64,000 nucleotides of DNA. It comes from Bugula neritina (Eukaryota > Animalia > Bryozoa). Below the pieces are notes generated by a model. The model was not told where the DNA came from. It did no database searches and saw nothing but the letters and a program-made list of their open reading frames with translations. Each line of letters starts with the position of its first letter. The first letter of the stretch is position 1. The stretch covers positions 5,240,741-5,304,740 of the forward strand of contig OZ037768.1 in NCBI GenBank assembly GCA_964035545.1, read 5' to 3'. The position numbers were made by a program, and so were the translations under genes. Below are positions 58,136 through 64,000 of the stretch, piece by piece.

Positions 58136-61100
58136 TCACACAGTCGTACCCTCAGCGGAATAAAACAGGGGATGGGTCCAAGTAAACTCGTCAAACTGTA
58201 AAGATAACCAATAAGTTTGATTGCCAGACAAAATAAAAACTTGCAGCAGGTACTCTGTGAATTTGTGCTAATGGTAATACTAGTCTATGGACTAACGAAT
58301 CAATTGTGAGGAGTTGTCTATTACCGTCGTCTCTTGCTGCTTTCCACGCCTTTCATAGCGACGTCTTTGTGGGGTATTCTTCTCTAGAACATCTTTAGAC
58401 TGAAAGAACCTCTTAGGTGATATCTACAAGTACAGACAACTACAGCAACATGTATGGAATAATGCCCAGCAACGGCCAAATGGCACAGTCAATCAGTAGC
58501 TAACGGTACTTCATTTACATAACATTCATGAGCAATCACAGTGGGTAACATACATGTAAGTGTGCAGTAACAGACAGGCATACAATGTACTGGTAGCAAC
58601 TAATACTCACGTGTTTGTCAAACACTGTATCAAAGTTAAGATTTCTGAAGTACGGCAACTTTTGCAAATCTATGATATTAGTGAGTCTTCTATTTGATTT
58701 CTTTGCCAACAACTACAAGTAAAAATAATGCTTCAACTTGGCCATCAAATAAGCATAGCATAGAATCAGTACCATTAGATAATTACGGTTGACATTCACA
58801 GCATTTACAAACTTGTATGTACATTACAACAGCCCACTCCACTCTGTTCCATAGATACTAAAAACTACAATATGCTGCCGATTCCATCCTACTAACTGCT
58901 GCCACTAGTTGACATATTTACCTTGCTGACGACCATTTTTATATCAGTCTTGAAATAATCTGGCAGGAAGTAAGTGTGACGAGCGACGGCAGCACCCATT
59001 TCCCGGTGGTCTTTACACCCGCTGACAGGAAACTCCCCCATAAGCAGGGCATACATGAGAATCCCCAGAGTCCACCAATCGGCAGCGTGGTCATATTCCT
59101 GTCCGTACAGAACTTCAGGAGCTGTCAGCGAGGATTAAATAAACATAGTGTATAATATTATATAAACATAGTGTATATTTTAGAATGTAGGAAGAACATA
59201 GGAGCTACATATACTTAACTATATGCCTAATATACTGGATATACATATACATAAAATGCCTATGAAAACACATTACATTGTATATGCTGCTACTATTCTT
59301 ACGTGTTGTAATAATATTCAACTTCTTACAGTAAACTACTTTACATAGAGTAATATCAATACACCATATAACAGATCTGTCATTGTATTCCCTGCCAAAT
59401 CATGGAATACAATATGATTAAGATTTCATATAACAGAAGAAGGTAAAGTTGTAAGTGCTGCCACATGATCATAATTTGCCTGTTAAGCCAGTCACATTCA
59501 CAATAATGTTCAAGGTTGTCACATACTAACACCACTGTGACATACCCATATACTGTCACATACTAACAACACTGTGACATACCCATATACTGTCACATAC
59601 TAACACTGTGACATACACAAATACCGTCACATACTAACACCACTGTGACATACCCATATACTGTCACATACTAACAACACTGTGACATACCCATATACTG
59701 TCACATACTAACAACACTGTGACATACCCATATACTGTCACATACTAACACCACTGTGACATACACAAATACTGTCACATACTAACAACACTGTGACATA
59801 CCCATATACTGTCACATACTAACAACACTGTGACATACCCATATACTGTCACATACTAACACCACTGTGACATACCCATATACTGTCACATACTAACACT
59901 GTGACATACACATATACTGTCACATACTAACACCACTGTGACATACACAAATACTGTCACATACTAACACCACTGTGACATACACAAATACCGTCACATA
60001 CTAACACCACTGTGACATACCCATATACTGTCACATACTAACAACACTGTGACATACCCATATACTGTCACATACTAACAACACTGTGACATACCCATAT
60101 ACTGTCACATACTAACACCACTGTGACATACACAAATACTGTCACATACTAACAACACTGTGACATACCCATATACTGTCACATACTAACAACACTGTGA
60201 CATACCCATATACTGTCACATACTAACACCACTGTGACATACCCATATACTGTCACATACTAACACTGTGACATACACATATACTGTCACATACTAACAC
60301 CACTGTGACATACACAAATACTGTCACATACTAACACCACTGTGACATACACAAATACCGTCACATACTAACAACACTGTGACATACCCATATACTGTCA
60401 CATACTAACACCACTGTGACATACCCATATACTGCAAGGTCCCACATATAGTCTTGGCTCTTTCTCCGGAAGCCAGCCATTTAGCTAAACCAAAGTCAGT
60501 GAGCTGTACATGGCCATCTTTGTCTAACAGAATGTTCTCCATCTTGAGATCTCTGTAGATTACACCTTCTAGATGCAGGAAGTCCAGCACCATAGCTATC
60601 TCTGATATATATATTCTCACAACCTCCTCAGGCAGCTGTCCTTCTCTCTTCCACAATGCCAACATCTCTCCACATGGTACAAGGTCCATCACTACAGTTA
60701 CATTTCATCATACCATAATCTTCTGTGAGTCAAGCAATGTAAACATGTGAAACCTTGCAAAAATATATTTAACCAAGTAGAAAAACTGAAATTGTGTTTA
60801 AAAATCAGTTAGAAAACATTAAAAAAGAATAAGCTAAGTGCAGTCCAAACAAATTGTTACAGAAGCTTACCAATGTAGAGACTCTGCTTTGCTTGCCAGT
60901 AGTGGTGAGCTTTCACAATGAATGGGTGATCTCCAAACAGTGACTGTATCTGCACCTAGAATTGGAGTATTCAGTACCAGCTCATTAGAACGCGCTATGC
61001 CTTTGATATGCTCACAAAGTTCTGTTTCAAGTTTAGTGAGCTACACAGTGCCTACTTCTTATATTGCCATTTTTGAATGGTGGTTTATACAAAACACACT

Positions 61101-63342
61101 TTAATACAATATAACAACTTTACATAAAAATTCAGACTAATGTATTATTTATTTACTTGTGTTTTCATCAACTATAAACATAACGAAAGTTCCAGATATT
61201 GAAAAGATGACTATTTACATTTATTAGCTTAGCTTTATGCGCTCCTATAGTTTTAAAAATACTTGGTGCTAACTATGTAGAGTTAATAGAATATAGATAT
61301 TACTTTCAGCACAATATTCAGCGTCATTTCCTTATCATTGTTCAATTCAAATTTAATTATTACAACTTCTCCTAACCCATGATACAAAATTTTAGGTAAA
61401 ATTAAGTTTACATTCACATGAATAACTTAGTATCAATTATATTAGTTAGCACTGTGTATGTATCTATTACATACATATAGATATATTAGGTCACCCACCA
61501 CAGCTGCTACAGTCAATGTCCACATAGCTAGCTATCAGTTACATAATACTTTGTTTATGACGTCCTTGAGAGTTCAGATATGCTAATGATATGACCTTGA
61601 CATTGCGTATTGAGACCTACTTAAGGTGAACTTACCTCATCTTTACACTGCCTCACTGCTCGCTCTGCTATAATTTGTGCTTTCTTCAGTATTTTCATGG
61701 CATAAATTTCATTATCGCTTTGGTATCTAACTTTGAGCACATTTCCGTATGAGCCACAGGCTATGTGCTCCACCACCTACAAAGTACACTGCGGTTTATG
61801 AATCAAAGGCTATGTGCCTAGCCACTCACAATAATACACGGTGAGTTTCAACATCATTTCATTAACAATACCAATGAGTTGAGAGAAAGGGTTAGAGTGA
61901 GACAACCAAAATGATAAAATTAAACAATCTATGAGTAACTTGATTGCTAGACCATCATTTCGCAATATTTGTAAAAAAAGAAATTGCAAAAAAGTCCATA
62001 TGCAAAATCCTGACCCACACAATTTCAAGTGACTACAAAATCCGTGAACATCACAAAAACTAAATAATTGTTTCACTTGGATATATGTCTCTCATTATAT
62101 ATACTCACTTCAAAATGATCTTCATTTATTGATGGTTTTACAGGAAAATCTGGTAAAAATAAGCCTTCAATTTGAGAGACTGGCCAGGCAGTGCGAGACG
62201 CCCTATTTTTGTCTGCTAATGTGTCGTCATTCCACTGCCGACGACTTTGCTGAGAGAACAGCCGGATAGATTTTTGGCTCTGTGAACCTGTTTTTAAAAC
62301 ACAAAGTACAAAACTAAGATGAGGCGAGATAGTTTAATCACATGTTGACCACAGCTTGTATGCAGTATTTTTATACCCAACAGAATTAAGGCACAATGGA
62401 CAGAGTGCTAAGCTACAAATTGTATATAATACAAACTATTAGCAAAGTTTGAAAAATAAAAGTTAAGTTGCACCTCTTCTAAATGATTGTCTAAATGATT
62501 TAAATCTATCCGAGCCCGAAGCTCCAGGCGGAGTCTTCCCCAGGAAGGAAGCGAGTCTTACGGAGGAGCCGGCTTTACCCCAGAATGCAGATCCGGTTGT
62601 CTTCGGGGGAAAGAATGACGTGTTTGCCCGAGTAACGCCCTGGAGATACAGCACACCAAGATATAGCTAGGACAATGGTATGTCAACATCCAAAGGGTGT
62701 TTAGTTGGTAGTGCAGCAACCAGTATACAAGCTGAAGTAGGTTTAGTAACTTACAATATGTGTGTATTTTGGTCCGACATTTTGAATGATACAGTTTGAA
62801 ATTAAGAGCTTTTTACTACCAGAAATCATGATTTTTCAAAGCAAGATATTGTGAGATTTACCAAAACCTTATCACAACTTGAAGCTCACACGAGTTACAA
62901 TTATAGAGTTGGTTTCAGAGCTACAGATGTAAGGTTTAAAACAATTCTTATTTCCATAAAATATTTTAATATTGACAAAAACTTGTGAAATAATAGGGAC
63001 ACAAAACACCATAATTTTTTACTACGTTTGTTATACCAAGTTTATTTTTATAAAACTATCGTACTGCATTATTGCAGCTATAAAAATATACCGATCAACA
63101 GTTCACTTAGTAATTAGTAGAACAGAGAAGATAACAGTACTTACCAAATTTGCTCCATCATTGCTGGCTATGTGCACGCTACCATTAGCAACAGGTGCTG
63201 GAGCATTGTATGTTGCTAGGTAGTTAGTCGGATTGTTCTTTGGCAGCTCTCCATCGTGTCTATATACATTTTCTTTAAATCTATTGGGAGGCGACTTTTG
63301 ATATTTGTATTTCTGTCTTTGAGGAGAAGGTTTATTGCCCAT
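58136..63342 (-). CDS. RSKR: Ribosomal protein S6 kinase-related protein (RSKR/SGK494), AGC-group kinase; 10 exons, about 498 aa
   Basis: Exons 63145-63342, 62474-62639, 62109-62287, 61636-61776, 60871-60955, 60425-60691, 58922-59121, 58611-58712, 58325-58423, 58136-58195 (1497 nt, phases consistent). RSKR-type motifs: WPVSQIEGLFLPDFPVKP before the kinase domain, IACGSYG, VRQCKDEV, YRDLKMENILLD, TDFGLAK, TICGTLQYMAPE, HAADWWTLG, FPV..KDHREM. Confidence 0.9.
59518..60434. repeat. 37-bp tandem minisatellite (25 units) overlapping the RSKR exon 6 donor
   Basis: Unit GTCACATACTAAC[ACC/AAC/-]ACTGTGACATAC[CCAT/ACAA/ACAT]ATAC[T/C]. The last unit overlaps coding sequence (QYM) and the donor at 60424. 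Confidence 0.97.
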
Positions 63343-64000
63343 TACCCACTTCCATCGACTTAATTACGATAACAAGCAACTGGTAAATTATATATGAAAC
63401 TAACAGAGTTGGTAGTAGGAATGGTAATTAGGGAATTGCACTTTTACAATTGCTTTAATTTTCTATTTGCCTGAGCTAAAGTTTAGTAGCAGCTCTTGCA
63501 AGTTCGAGTTTCAGCTAAAACTTTTCAGTCTAAGGCTGTAACAGTTATTAAATTACTGCTAGTATTATGCTAATGTTACACCTGTCCTGATAGTTCACTA
63601 TAACTCTTTGGCTCACAATAAATAACTAATGGACAGATGGGAAGTCAGTGCAAGAGTTGGTATTCCGCACTCACAGTCTCTGCTAACTAATGGTGTTGCA
63701 CTTTTCTTTACTGCCTTGACTTAGCAACAACATAAAATGGAGACCTGGATTTGAGTCAGTCTCATAGTGATGGTATTGATTTTTATGGTAATTCCAGCAG
63801 GAGCAGTAGCTTGAAGTTGATAGAGTGAGTCCTGAGAAATTACTCTTAGCTTTGCTGCTACTAAAATTAAAAGAAAATATGTTTAAATCAAGTATAACTG
63901 CAAGTGGTAAACTAAAACAGCTACAAATATTTAGTCTTACTTATAAAAAATAAAAGTCACACTGTAATTCACTTTTACTTTTAGTTCTATATCCACATTG

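Noticed and set aside
59518-60434. CRISPR-like look: 37-bp partly palindromic repeats
   Set aside because: Units are head-to-tail with no unique spacers, there are no cas genes, and the unit derives from a eukaryotic exon-intron junction.
59511-60440. CAAGGT on both sides of the array as a possible target-site duplication
   Set aside because: Only 6 bp, and the right copy is conserved coding sequence (T-L of GTLQYM); chance or microhomology is more likely.

Overview
AT-rich, intron-rich eukaryotic genomic DNA from a metazoan, most likely an invertebrate (the species cannot be fixed from the sequence). I reconstructed five complete multi-exon genes by hand, each with consistent splice phases and an open frame. 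They are DLEC1/CFAP81 (minus, 36 coding exons, about 1732 aa), PAFAH1B2/3-like (plus, 5 exons, about 239 aa, head-to-head with DLEC1), NLK/nemo (plus, 10 exons, about 476 aa), an EFCAB6-like EF-hand protein (plus, 16 exons, about 924 aa) and RSKR/SGK494 (minus, 10 exons, about 498 aa, tail-to-tail with EFCAB6-like). Introns hold a decayed RTE-type LINE, two tRNA-derived SINE-like families, a Tc1/mariner-type MITE and several mini- and microsatellites. The main observations are: (i) a 25-unit, 37-bp self-complementary tandem array that amplifies the RSKR exon 6 splice donor and has a 10-unit higher-order repeat; (ii) a 4.1-kb U12-type intron in NLK; (iii) a GC-AG intron in DLEC1; (iv) RFX X-box-like motifs upstream of DLEC1, NLK and EFCAB6-like; (v) NLK-RSKR linkage, also seen at human 17q11.2. 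Most ORFs in the supplied track are exon fragments or spurious. No CRISPR array or prokaryotic system is present. Gene identities come from remembered family motifs, not database searches.
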